A stretch of 64,000 nucleotides of DNA, from the NCBI RefSeq assembly GCF_006345805.1, contig NC_043010.1, positions 13,516,001-13,580,000 on the forward strand, in the 5' to 3' direction. The DNA is from Octopus sinensis (taxonomy: Eukaryota). Below, piece by piece: positions 12,913-24,899 of the stretch. The notes below the pieces were generated by a model. That model had not been told where the DNA came from. It saw only the letters and a list, made by a program, of their open reading frames with translations, and did no database searches. Both the position numbers and the translations under genes were made by a program. The stretch's first letter is position 1; every line of letters starts with the position of its first letter.

Positions 12913-13189
12913 CATACTTCTGCCACAAAGCAGAGAAACCATGGTGTAACCCACAACAGAGTGGTAAACTTTCAGACCCTAGTCTAGATTGCGAAATCCT
13001 CTGTACCCCAGGATGGTTCAGCTCTCCACCCGTTAAAAGCCATTCAATCTTTATTTAATGTCTAATATCTTATAAATTTACTTGTAGTCAAATAATTCTA
13101 CTCAATTTATTAATCTATCTATTTGTAAGCATCATTCTATATTTTAATATCACACACACACAAAAAAAAGGATATCTATATATATTTTA

Positions 13190-13627
13190 CTAATCCAAAT
13201 CTTTATTAGATTTCCTATAATATTTAAAGGTTTTATAAAACCTATGCCTACATGTTGAAAGTGCTTCTGATTGACAATTTATTAAATTTTTATGTTTATA
13301 TGATAATATATACAGTGATTCTTTCATACAGAGACGGCAACTATTAGATTTATGTGTGTATGGTGTGGCTGAATCTATTATAGACCATTCCAATTTATAG
13401 TTAATTTTGTTTTTCTTTAGTTTATGTATATATGTAGCTAATGAAGTTGTATTGGTGGCTGTATTTGGCTTAAAGGAGTGTATATGCGCTAAAAATCTTT
13501 GCTTAAAATTAACAGAACTACCTATGTATACCTTACTTTGTGAATTATTAATTATTGTAACTGTACATTTGTATATTACATTAAATCTTCTACAATTGCC
13601 TTTTAAAGGACATATTTTTTTATTTAC
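13190..13627 (-). pseudogene. Penelope-like GIY-YIG endonuclease C-terminal fragment, stop-free for 145 codons
   Basis: Hand translation upstream of the track ORF: CPLKGNC..NVIYKCTV..KVYIGSS..FKQRFLAH..TTSLATYIHKLK..WSII..PY..CRLCMKE..LIN..SE..CRH. Confidence 0.85.
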
Positions 13628-13659
13628 CTAATGGTTTATATATATATATATATAAAATG

Positions 13660-13865
13660 TGACCGCGTGTGTACCGTTGGCGATTTTTCTTTTCCTCCGT
13701 CTTCCCTTCTCTGGATTTTTCCTTTTCCTGTGTTTCTGACGAAGAGCTCCGCTTGAAATGCAAAACCCTCCTTCTTCCCTTCCTTCCTGAGCATCCAATA
13801 ATACTGTATTTGTTCCACATCCTCGCGTTGTTGTGTTTTCTCTTTGTGTTTTCATGTTCGGATTA

Positions 13866-13870
<5 letters not shown>
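13660..13870 (+). mobile_element. Penelope-like terminal repeat, family X
   Basis: Matches 1-142 reverse complement; flanked by (TA)n on both sides. Confidence 0.7.
13732..13766 (+). ncRNA. Decayed hammerhead motif
   Basis: GTTT CTGACGA A GAGC-TCC-GCTT GAA ATGC A AAAC; stem III palindrome lost. Confidence 0.5.
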
Positions 13871-13903
<33 letters not shown>

Positions 13904-13976
13904 TATCAAGCTGTTGGATCAGGTGGATGGATCAGCTGTTGGATCAGCAGAGGTATCAAGCTGTTGGATCAGCAGA

Positions 13977-15397
13977 GGTATCAAGCTGTTGGATCAGGTG
14001 ATGAAGGTTACAGAGAGGGTCATAAGCCAACTAATTAGAGAGAGAGTTAGTTTAGATGAGATGCAGTTTGGGTTCGTGCCAGGGAAAAGTACCACTGATG
14101 CTATATTCCTGGTAAGGCAGCTGCAGGAGAAATACCTAGCCAAAGATAAGCCCCTGTACCTGGCTTTTGTTGACATGGAGAAAGCCTTCGACAGGGTCCC
14201 CCGATCCCTCATCTGGTGGTCAATGAGGAAACTAGGAATAGATGAATGGTTAGTGAGAGCTGTGCAAGCCATGTACAGGGACGCTGCTAGTAAGGTGAGG
14301 GTTGGCAATGAGTACAGAGAAGAATTCCGGGTAGAGGTAGGGGTCCACCAAGGCTCAGTCCTCAGCCCTCTCCTATTTATCATAGTCCTCCAGGCAATAA
14401 CGGAGGAATTCAAGACAGGATGCCCCTGGGAGCTCCTCTCTGCTGATGACCTTGCTCTAATTGCTGAGTCACTATCAGAACTGGAGAAGAAGTTTCAGGT
14501 GTGGAAGCATGGTTTAGAATCGAAGGGCCTTAGAGTCAACCTAGCTAAAACCAAAGTCGTAATAAGTAGGAAGGTTAGACAAATCACAAACGCCTTCAGG
14601 TAGATGGCCCTGCTCGATCTGTAGAAAAGGTGTAGGTAGAAACTCTATAAGATGCACCAAGTGTAAGCTATGGACACATAGAGGGGCAGCAATATCATAG
14701 GAAGGCTAACTAGGAAGATGGTTTTGTATGTGGCAGATGCTCGGGAGCTTTAAACCTCTGAAAATCTGCAGAGAAAAAACAACTTCCGTCACTTTCAGGG
14801 GGAAAAACAAAAATAGAAGTAGTTGATAGCTTCATTATCTTGGTGACCAAGTCAGTAGTGGGGGTGGGTGTGCTGAAAGTGTAACGGCTAGAGTAAGAAT
14901 AGCCTGGGCAAAGTTTAGGGAGCTCTTACCTCTGTTGGTGACTAAAGGCCTCGCTCAGAGTAAAAGGCAGACTGTATGATGCATGTGTACAAACAGCCAT
15001 GCTACATGGCAGTGAAACATGGGCCGTGACTGCTGAGGACATGCGTAAGCTCGCGAGAAATGAAGCTAGTATGCTCCGTTGGATGTGTAATGTCAGTGTT
15101 CATAGTCGACAGAGTGTAAGTATCTTGAGAGAAAAGTTGGACCTAAGAGGCATCAGATGTGTGCAAGAGAGACGATTGCGCTGGTATGGTCATGTGGCGA
15201 GAATGGATGAAGATAGGTGTGTGAAAAAGTGCCACACTCTGGCATTTGAGGGGACCTGTGGAAGAGGTAGACCCTGGAAAACCTGGGACAAGGTGGTGAA
15301 GCACGACCTTCGAACTCTAGGTCTCACCAAGGAAATGACCAGAGACCGAGACCTATGGAAGTATGCTGTGCGTCAGAAGACCTGGCAAGACCAGTGA
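13977..15397 (+). pseudogene. RTE reverse transcriptase remnant (frameshifted)
   Basis: QFGFVPGKSTTDAIF, FVDMEKAFDRVP, GVHQGSVLSPLLF, SADD (YADD mutated), KTKV, Cys-rich insert WPCSICRKG, LHGSETW. Confidence 0.92.
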
Positions 15398-15444
15398 GAA
15401 CAATCAAAATCAAATCATATATCAGAAAGCAGGGGTTAAGTGAC

Positions 15445-15925
15445 CCATCCGTTCGTGTCCGCTGTCAGCCTCGTCTGGCACCCGTGTCGGTGATACGTAA
15501 AAGCACCATTCGCTCATGGCCGTTGCCAGCTCTGTCTGGCCCCCGTGTCGGTGGCACGTAAAAGCACCATCCGTTCGTGTCCGTTGCCAGCCTCGGCTGG
15601 CCCCCGTGCCGGTGACACGTAAAAGCACCGTCCGTTCGTGGCCGTTTGGCAGCTCTGTCTGGGCACGTAAAAGCACCATCCGTTCGTGTTCATTGCCAGC
15701 CTCGGCTGGCCCCCATGCCGGTGACACGTAAAAGCACCGTTCGTTCGTGGCCATTTGCCAGCTCTGTCTGGCCCCGTGTCGATGGCACGTAAAAAGCACC
15801 ATCCGTTCGTGTCCGTTGCCAGCATCGCCTGGCCCCGTGCCGGTGACACGTAAAAGCACCATACGTTCGTGGCCGTTTGCCAGCTCTGTCTGGCACCTGT
15901 GCAGGTGGCACGTAAAAAACACCCA
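15445..15925 (+). repeat. Eight about 61-bp units, alternating A/B types, in RTE 3' UTR
   Basis: ACGTAAAA(A)GCACC recurs at about 15495, 15556, 15617, 15665, 15726, 15787, 15848, with a final ACGTAAAAAACACC at 15910. Confidence 0.95.
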
Positions 15926-16483
15926 CTACACTCGCGGAGTGGTTGGCATTAGGAAGGGCATCCAGCCGTAGAAACACTGCCAGATCTGACTGGGCCTGAC
16001 GAAGCCTTCCAGCTTCACAGACCCCAGTTGACCCGTCCAACCCATGCTAGCATGGAAAGCGGACGCTAAATGAAATGATGATGATGATGATATATATATA
16101 TATTATATACATACACACACACAAGAGGAAGTCAAAAATTATCCACACTTTTGCCATAACATATCTTTATTATTGCCATACTGCCTTCTGCACATGGTGC
16201 TTATAGTTAGTACTATTGTGGCCACATGATCGAAGTTTGAACCTGATCACACCATTTTTTCCTTTCTGGCTTTACAGTGTAAGCATGGCTTCCCTACTAG
16301 CAATGTGCACTAAAGAAGAACAAAGAGCAGTATCCGATTTCTATGGTCGGAAGGTGTGTCAGGTCCTGAAATTCATCACAGACTTATAGCACAATACGGG
16401 GACAGTGTACTACTGCATAGAAGTATGTAAGAGTGGATTGAGAAGTTTAAAAGTGGCCAGACAAGTATGATGCATGAAGAGGA

Positions 16484-16965
16484 TCATCATCATCATTGTT
16501 CGACCGTGGTTGAAATAATGGAATTTACCATGCTACGCCAGACTTCAGTGTCCATCATAGCATTACGGAGGTCCTGTTGCTTGATGCCTGTATCCCTGGA
16601 GATTACATCAGGGTAGGAGAGTGTGCGCCCTCTGGTATCGCGAGTAGATGGCTTCCAGAGGAGAAGAGTAGAAATTGCCTCGTTTTCAGCTCTACAACAA
16701 TGTCCAGCAAACTGGACTCTTCTACCTTTCACAAGAGATGACACAGGTGGTATTTTCCCATATATTTGCATTTTGGTTGGATGACGCTTCCACGAGAGAT
16801 TTTGAGCTCTCATAAGGAGGCGAGTGTAAGTTCCATCCAACCACCTCTCCAGCTTCTTTGATAACGTCCAGGTTTCTGAGCCATATAGTAGAATTGGTTC
16901 GACTGTGGCTTTGAAGATTTCAAGTTTGAAGTCTCTACTTAGATTTGATGACCAGATCTTATGCA
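16484..16965 (-). mobile_element. RTE-type LINE 3' fragment nested in mariner
   Basis: FKATVEPILLYGSETW..RRVQFAGHC..W then (ATG)n tail; mariner frame resumes at 16971. Confidence 0.85.
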
Positions 16966-17054
16966 TGGAAGCAGGACACTCGTCAACCTCTGCCACTGAT
17001 GAGAAGATTCAGCAAGTTCAAAAGATGGTAATGGTGAACCAGTTCACCATTACC

Positions 17055-17462
17055 TTTTTTCTCTACTTTCCTTTATATGTGGAAGCCCTCCGTCGGTTAC
17101 AACGATGAGGGTTCCGGTTGATCCAATCAATGGAACAGCCTGCTCGTGAAATTAACGTGTAAGTGGCTGAGCACTCCACAGACACGTGTACCCTTAACGT
17201 AGTTCTCGGGATATTCAGCGTGACACAGAGAGTGACAAGGCCGGCCCTTTGAAATACAGGTACAACAGAAACAGGAAGTAAGAGTGAGAGAAAGTTGTGG
17301 TGAAAGAGTACAGCAGGGATCACCACCATCCCTGCCGGAGCCTCGTGGAGCTTTAGGTGTTTTCGCTCAATAAACACTCATAACGCCCGGTCTGGGAATC
17401 AAAACCGCGATCCTACAACCGCGAGTCCACTGCCCTAACCACTGGGCCATTGCGCCTCCACC
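17055..17462 (-). mobile_element. SINE body C with tail beta, 11-bp TSD
   Basis: TCACCATTACC at 17044-17054 and 17463-17473. Confidence 0.9.
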
Positions 17463-18104
17463 TCACCATTACCATCTCTTGGATCACTTCTCTTAGTTCT
17501 TCTTTGGTGCACATTGCTAGTGGAGTGGCCATGCTTACACTGTAAAGCCAGAAAGAAAAAAGGCACGATCAGGTTCAAACTTCAATTACATAACCACAAT
17601 AGTACCAACTATAAGCAAACATGCTCAGAAGCCAATGTGACCAATATAAAAAAAATATGTTATGGCAAAAGTGCGGATAATTTTTGACTTCCCCTCGTAA
17701 AACTATAGCCCTTCGGCTTCTGACTAGCGCCACGGCAACATTGATTTTTTCGTCCGCTGTAAGGCATCATTTTTCAAATATGCCAGCTAAGTTGAACTGT
17801 CTAAAGTCGAAAGACGCCTGTTGTTTTTGTCCTGTTATTATTATTGTTTTTTGTATTTATATTCATGTAACTATCGTCCGTTTTTCTGTCCTTGTTTCGT
17901 ATACATTCGATCCTTTTTCCAAGAAATCTAATGCTCGTAGCTTAGTTTTTCCTTGGGGCTGGCCAGATCGGAGCAATCTCAAGATTAATCAGCTGAAATT
18001 GTTGCGAGGATGATCCGGTTCTTGACTGAAGATTAGAGGCTTCGAATGACCCGTCCGTTTTTTGTATCGTCTATTTGAATGTTTTGTGTTTTTGTCCCAT
18101 TTTG

Positions 18105-18140
<36 letters not shown>

Positions 18141-18144
<4 letters not shown>

Positions 18145-18232
18145 CCTGGTGCAGCCTCCTGGCTTCCCAGACCCCGGTCGAACCGTCCAACCCGTGCTAG
18201 CACGGAAAACGGACATTAAACGATGATGATAT
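18141..18232 (+). mobile_element. RTE 3' tail fragment
   Basis: Matches 58690-58785. Confidence 0.8.
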
Positions 18233-18497
18233 ATATATAGCTGAAAGATATTTTCCCAATTCCTATTCCTGTATGTTATATATTTTAATAATTACTGGTA
18301 TCTTTTTATATTTTATATGTAAAGCATACGTTATACATGTATGTATATTCTTGTAATTGTTATTTTAGTAAATAAATAAATAAATTGACATAATATAATG
18401 TCTAAAAGTTGATGAACCACCTATGATCCCCTCCATTTTCTTATTGCTCTATATATGTGTGTATATATACAGTTTCTGTCTGCTAAATCTACTTGCA

Positions 18498-18748
18498 TGG
18501 AGGCACGTGGCTTAGTGGTTAGGGTGTCAGCATCATGATCGTAAGATTGTGGTTTCGATTCCTGGACTGGGCGACGCATTCTGTTCTTGAGCAAAACACT
18601 TCATTTCACGTTGCTCCAGTCCACTCAGCTGGCAAAAATGAGTAACGCTGCAATGGACTGGCGTCCCGTTCAGCTGGGGAACATATATGCCATAGAAGCC
18701 GGGAAACCAGGCCCATGAGCCTGGCTAGGCTTTAAAAAAGGGCACATT
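18498..18748 (+). mobile_element. SINE body D with gamma-like tail
   Basis: TGGCTTAGTGG, GTTTCGATTCC, TTGCTCCAGTCCACTCAGCTGGCAAAAATGAGT; tail resembles 20005-20090. Confidence 0.75.
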
Positions 18749-18769
18749 TATTTTTTTTTATTTTTAAAT

Positions 18770-18905
18770 CTACTTGTAAAGTTTTATGTGGTCAGCTCAG
18801 GGCTATAGTAGAAGTCACTTGCCTACAGTGTCATGCAGTAGGACTGAACCTGAAACCATGGGATTGGGAATCAAACTTCTTAACACACAGCCATGTTCGT
18901 GCCTG
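18770..18905 (-). mobile_element. SINE-A 5' half (diverged)
   Basis: Family alignment. Confidence 0.6.
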
Positions 18906-19255
18906 TACATAGCTATTTTCATCAGATTCTACATTTTTACTGTATATTTGGTAGTGGTGGTGGTGGCAGTGGTGGTGGTGGTAATGGTGAAGAAGAGTTC
19001 CATATCTGTTTTGGTGTCTTTGCTTACATATTCAGTTGTAAACAGTTTATCTGCCTTCCAGCATTCCTTAATTCTCTTTCTGTTTCCCTCCCCCCCCCCC
19101 ATCTATCTTGTCTCTAGTTACATACAATATCTCCTCACTAAGCCAGTATTTCATCTTCAGATTAGAATAACCTTACCTTAGCTGGGTTTATATATATACA
19201 TACATATATATGTTTGCATGTGTGTGTACACATACATACATATATATGTTTGTGT

Positions 19256-19298
<43 letters not shown>

Positions 19299-19337
19299 CA
19301 TATATATATTTGAATGTGTGTGTATTACATACATACA

Positions 19338-19372
<35 letters not shown>

Positions 19373-19814
19373 TTGTATGTGTGTGTATACATACACACAC
19401 ACACACACACACATACATACATATATATATACATATATATATATATATTATATATATATATATATATGGAAGACTGATATAGAAGACACTTGTTCAATGT
19501 GTGAGACACTGAAATTGAACCCAGAACCATGTAGTTGTGAAACAAGCTTCTTAATCCCAACAAGCACATCTGACATTTTAGTTGTATCATTTGAGATCAG
19601 TCTGTTATTTATACATCTCCTAAAGTATTTAGTAAACTCTTCTGGTTTTCTTCACATTACCAACAAAAATTCCAGTTTGATTGCTGTTGCCTTTCAACCA
19701 ATAAGGTGTGATTTGATCAAAATTTGCTTACTATATTTTGCAGTCTGAATGATTTGGTAAAATTTCACTCAGTTGGGGGGGTGGGGTTTCCCCTCTGAAG
19801 TTGCTTAACCCCAA

Positions 19815-20112
19815 CATGGCCTAGTGGTTAGAGCGGTTGACTAACAATCGAGGGATCGTGGGTTCGAATCTCAGACCAGGCGATGTGTGTGTTTATGAGT
19901 GAAACACCTAAGCTCCACGCAGCTCCGGCAGAAGGTAATGCCAAAATTTCTGCTGACTCTTTCGCCACAACTTTCTCTCACTCTTTCTTCCTGCTTTTTG
20001 CAGCTCACCTGTGACGGACCGGCGTCCGTCCAGGTGGGGAACCTATACGCCAAAGAAACTGGGAAACCGGCCCTTATGAGACAGGCATGGCTCAAGAAGG
20101 AACAAACAACTG
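19815..20112 (+). mobile_element. SINE body C with tail gamma
   Basis: TGGCCTAGTGG, GGTTCGAATC; matches 36935-37236 inverted. Confidence 0.85.
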
Positions 20113-20329
20113 TTCCTTCTAAAGGATGAAACAAACAACAACATGACCCTTATCAAGCAGACTTCTTATTATCAAAAGCATTCCACGTTTGACCATCCTG
20201 TTTATTTTGCTTATTTTTGTTGTGTCCAGTCTACACTGTAAAGTGGTTGGTGTTTAGCAGAGCACCTCGCTGCAAAAACTGTGCCAAAACTGACCTCGCT
20301 TGTGTTTGTGCCACAGTCCATTCTGCATG

Positions 20330-20458
20330 GTGAGTGGTGTTAGGAAGGGCATCCAACCATAAAAACCTTGCACAAACAGACACTGGGGTAGTCTTCAACT
20401 TGACCAGTTCCTATCAAATTGTCCAACCGATGCCAACATTAAACGAGAATGATGATAA
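20330..20458 (+). mobile_element. Degenerate RTE tail
   Basis: GTGGTGTTAGGAAGGGCATCCAA...ACATTAAACGAGAATGATGAT. Confidence 0.55.
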
Positions 20459-20460
20459 CT

Positions 20461-20850
20461 CTTTCTCTCTTTTACTTGTTTCAGTCATTTGACTGCGGCC
20501 ATGCTGGAGCACCGCCTTTAGTCGAGCAAATTGACCCCGGGACTTATTCTTTGTAAAGCCTAGTACTTATTCTATCGGTCTCTTTTTCCAAACCGCTAAG
20601 TGACGGGGACGTAAGCACACCAGCATCGGTTGTCAAGCAATACTAGGGGGACAAACATATACACACACACTTATATATATATACATATATACGACAGGCT
20701 TCTTTTAGTTTCTGTCTACCAAATCCACTCACAAGGCATTGGTCGGCCCGGGGCTATAGCAGAAGACACTTACCCAAGATGCCATACAGTGGGACTGAAC
20801 CCGGAACCATGTGGTTGGTAAACAAGCTACTTACCACACAGCCACTCCTG
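20461..20850 (-). mobile_element. SINE-A
   Basis: Family alignment. Confidence 0.9.
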
Positions 20851-21177
20851 TATCCTTCCAATAAAACAGCAATGTGTGATTTGAGGGAGGTTTAGCTAAT
20901 ATTTCAAGCAGGTTGGTAAACAACACGTAGGCTCCCTCAATTCCACAATTTGTTGTAAACCCAAACAGCACCTTCTCCAAGTGAACTCAATCCTGAACAA
21001 ACTTTGTCAAAACTCTCTCTGATATTTCAAGAGATTCAATGACTGAGATTTCTGTAGGTACTTCACTCAGTTTATCTCTTTGCATTTGTGCCTCTTTCTG
21101 GTTCCTGAGAGTGTTCCCTCACTGCCACAGGGGTGAGTGGAGGGTTCACCGCATACAATGTGCATTCAAGTTTTATC

Positions 21178-21574
21178 TTACTCTTTTACTCTTTTACTAG
21201 TTTCAGTCCTTTGGCTGTGGCCATGCTGGAGCACTGCCTTTAGTCGAGCAAATCGACCCCAGGACTTATTCTTTGGAAGCCCAGTACTTATTCTATCGGT
21301 CTCTTTTGCCGAACCGCTAAGTTACGGGGACATAAACACACCAACATCGATTGTCAAGCAATGCTAGGGGGACAAACACAGACACACAAACACACACACA
21401 CGCATATATATATATATATATATACGACGGGCTTCTTTCAGTTTCCGTCTACCAAATCCACCCACAAGGCTTTGGTCGGCCCGAGGCAATAGCAGAAGAC
21501 ACTTGCCCAAGGTGCCACTGAACCCGGAACCATGCGGTTGGTAAACAAGCTACTTACCACACAGCCACTCCTGC
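21178..21574 (-). mobile_element. SINE-A
   Basis: Family alignment. Confidence 0.9.
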
Positions 21575-21875
21575 GATGTCAAAGCTACAAATTTTGTATT
21601 ATGTTTTATATATTCATTTCTGATATAAGCACAAGGCTCCACATTTTTGTGGGTGGGCACGTATAGCCAATGTAATTGACCCAGTACTTGATTGGTACTT
21701 TAGTTTATCAACCCTAGAAGGATCAAAAGCAAAGTCAACTCCAATGGGACTCATAGCTGGAACGCAAAGGGGCGAAATCAAATACCGTGAAACATTTTAT
21801 CTGATGCTCTAAATATTCCTGCCAAATCACTGCCAAATATTATCTCTCTCTCACTCTCTCTTTCTCTAAGAATTT

Positions 21876-22283
21876 ATGTGTGCATATGTGTATGTATGTA
21901 TGTGTGCATATGTGTATGTATGTATGTGTGCATGTGTGTGTGTATGTGTATGTATGTGTGTATGTATGTGTGTGTATGTGTGCATGCATGCATGTATGTA
22001 TGTATGTATGTATGTATGTGTGTATGTATGCATGCATGTATGTATGTATGTGTGTATGTATGTATGTATGGATGGATGTATGTGTGTATGTATGTATTTA
22101 TGTATGGATGTATGTGTGCATGTATGTATGTATGGATGTGTGTGTGTGCATGTATGCATGTATGGATGTGTGTGTGTGCATGTATGCATGTATGTATGCG
22201 TGCATGCATGCATGCATGTATGTGTGCATGTGTGTATGTATGTATGTGTGCATGTGTGTATGTGTGTATGTATGTATGTATGA
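21876..22283. repeat. Compound (TGTA)/(TG)/(TGCA) microsatellite
   Basis: Direct reading. Confidence 0.95.
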
Positions 22284-22544
22284 TAAGGGGGGGGAGCAAT
22301 GCGATTGACATTCATCCCTGATTATTATTACTAACTCTAACACTCATATTTACCATCGACCCTTTTCCCCCCAACTCTTATTTATCTCTGATCATCATCT
22401 CAAGCCCTTATTTCTATCCTTCACTCATTCTCCCTCTCCACACACACACACACACACTCCACACCCTGATCCTGATTCTTTTGTCATTACACCTCTCTTT
22501 TAGTCACCTTCTTGGGGACCCTATGGTTTTTTGAAACTGTTGCG

Positions 22545-22900
22545 AATGTGGTTTGTAGGCAGGGCTGCATGTGAATGCTATAACATCATCATGTGAACAT
22601 GTACATAGAAATTATGTACAAAAGTCAGGAAAGTGAACAGTGTATGAGTTATGATATACATGTGTGCATGCATAGGGAGGCGGGGTGGGATATCAGGTGT
22701 AGTGTTGACGAATTTCAGGAAGCATTGAGGTTTTAAAGGATGCAGTATCTTGGCAACTAACAACTGATGCAGGTAGCTTTAAATTCGTCCTCTGAAGAAG
22801 GGAGCTGGTTTCTAACAAAGCTACAAAGCTCAATCTTTGGAATGTCGATAACAAAAACGATGTCATATTTTAAACCTGAGAAGAAAGTCTTCCTCGGCGA
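22545..22900 (-). mobile_element. Degenerate CR1-like LINE 3' end
   Basis: Minus strand reads KLPASVVSCQDTASFKTSMLPEIRQHYT*, resembling the CR1 WNxLP..VV..FK terminus. Confidence 0.5.
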
Positions 22901-23006
22901 CATCATCATCATTGGCTGCAGTAGTGGGGGGGGGTGTCATCGTCATCAGTGAAGGTGTCATCATCATCATCATTATCACATATTCAAATCCAATGTACTT
23001 TTCACT

Positions 23007-23590
23007 AAGGAAGGAAGGAAGGAAGGAAGGAAGGAAGGGAAGGAAGAGAGAGAAGAAGAAAGAGAGAAAGAAAGAGGGAAAAGAAAGAAAGAAAGAAAGA
23101 AGAGAAAGAGAAGAAAAAAGAGAAAGAAGAGGAGGAAAGAGAAAGGAAAGAGAGAAAGAGAAAGAAAGAGAGGGACGCGAGAGAGAGAGAGAGAGAAAGA
23201 TGACAAGAGAGAGAAAAAAGAAAGAGAAAGAGAGAAAGAAAGAGAGAAGAGGAGGAGGAGAGCAAGAAAGAGAGAGAGAAGAGAGAGAGAGAGAGAGAAA
23301 GAAAGAGAGAGAGAAGAAAAGAGAGAGAAAGAAGAGAGAGAGAGAGACAGACAGAAAGAAAGAAAGAAAAGAAAGAAGACAGACAGAAAGAAAGAAAAGA
23401 GAAGAAGAGGAAGAAGCGGAGAAAGAGAGAGAGATGAGAAAAGAAAGAGAGAGAAGAGAGAGACAGAACAGACAGACAGACGAAAGAAAAGAAGACAAAA
23501 TAAGATAAAGAAGAAGAAAGAATAGAAATAAGAAAAGAAAGAAAGAAGAAAAGAAAGAAGAAGAAGAAAGAAAGAAAGAAAGAAAGAGTG
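23007..23590. repeat. About 580-bp near-pure purine (GAAA/GA) tract
   Basis: Direct reading. Confidence 0.95.
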
Positions 23591-23926
23591 AGTGGGATTT
23601 CAAGTTTGATTTATCATCTTGTTGAATTAACCTGTTGAACAAGCTTAACAAGGCTAAAAACGTGAAATCCAAGTCAAAACAATTTCACTCGACTCAATGC
23701 AAAGAGTCCCACCATCAATAAATGTTTTCTTTGTTTTCTACACTGTCTGATCAACTGTACCAGATAATATACAGTCATCTGCTCTGTGTGTGGGTGTGTG
23801 TGTGTGTGTGTGTGATCTTTGAAGAATTTTAGTGGATTAATAAATCATAATAATCACTCTGCAAACATAGGATTCTGAATCCACTGTATGGCCCCAGTAG
23901 GCAGAAACTGTGTGGAAGCCTATGAT

Positions 23927-23958
<32 letters not shown>

Positions 23959-23966
23959 TATATAAT

Positions 23967-24372
23967 ACTCTTTTACTTGTTTCAGTCATTTGACTGCGGC
24001 CATGCTGGAGGGCACCGCCTTTAATAGCAACTCGACCCCGGGACTTATTTCTTTTTGTAAGCCCAGTACTTATTCTATCGGTCTCTTTTTGCCGAACCGC
24101 TAAGTTACGGGGACAAAAACACACCAGCATCGGTTGTCAGCAATGCTAGGGGGACAACACAACACCACAAACACACACAATGCATATATATAATATATAT
24201 ATACAATATACGACAGGCTTCTTTCAGTTCCGTCTACCAAATCCACTCACAAGGCATTGGTCGGAAAGGGGCTATAGCAGAAGACACTTGCCCAAGATGC
24301 CACGTAGTGGGACTGAACCCGGAACCATGTGGTTGGTTAGCAAGCTACTTACCACACAGCCACTCCTGCGCC
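23967..24372 (-). mobile_element. SINE-A
   Basis: Family alignment. Confidence 0.9.
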
Positions 24373-24899
24373 TATATATATATAGAAATATTGTTATTTC
24401 TAAGTCTCTCTAAAGGAGACTACGGCAGCGCTACTGGATATTAATAGTTATCACCAAGCTAATATGGCAGTCCAGAAATATAGGACGAATGCTGCCGTTG
24501 ATTAACTCCAGGAGGACAGTATGTAAAATAATGTAACGAAAACCATAACGTATTTATTTCCGACGTTGTGATAATTCTGCCAATCCAGCAATCATAGGGA
24601 AGAGTATTTCCCCTTGAACAACCCTTTGTCTAAAAGGGAGACAACTTAAGATAGCAGCTGTTTATAATTGTCATTTTATTTTTTATTTGTTTATCAAGTG
24701 TGTACGTGTGCACGCGCACGCGAGTGTATGTGTTTGTGTGCACGCGTATGTATGTGTTTGTGTTTGTTAGAGGCCATCGATTGGTTAAAATTCGAAAAAT
24801 TAAACTACGTTAAACTTACAAATTACAATTTTCTCAAGAAAGCCAAGAGAAAAAAATGTTTCATTTTGACACATTCTACCAGTATACGAAGTTTACTTT

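Larger units (their letters stand above)
13901..16090 (+). mobile_element. 5'-truncated RTE-clade LINE with 3' UTR repeat array and (GAT)n tail
   Basis: RT ORF, C-terminal GSETW..WYGHVARM..GRP, tail GGTTGGCATTAGGAAGGGCATCC...ATGATGATG. Confidence 0.92.
16121..17697. mobile_element. Mariner-derived fold-back element built from two left ends
   Basis: Left arm TIR plus transposase N-terminus (MASLLAMCTKEEQRAV..HRLIAQYGDS..WIEKFKSG..SATDEKIQQVQKMV). 17463-17697 is an inverted, internally deleted copy ending GACTTCCCCTCG|TA. Confidence 0.85.

Noticed and set aside
15553-15612. RTE repeat unit as HDV-like or pistol ribozyme
   Set aside because: P1, P2 and P4-like pairings can be drawn, but there is no room for P3/L3, no GG for P1.1 and no J4/2 CAA; the pistol resemblance is limited to a stem followed by UAAAA.
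15445-15925. Repeat array as CRISPR
   Set aside because: Units abut with no unique spacers, no cas genes, eukaryotic context, and the array lies inside an RTE 3' UTR.
18020-18056. CTGAAGA...TTCGAATGAC as a sixth hammerhead
   Set aside because: No convincing stem II and GAAA is broken; at best a very decayed PLE end.
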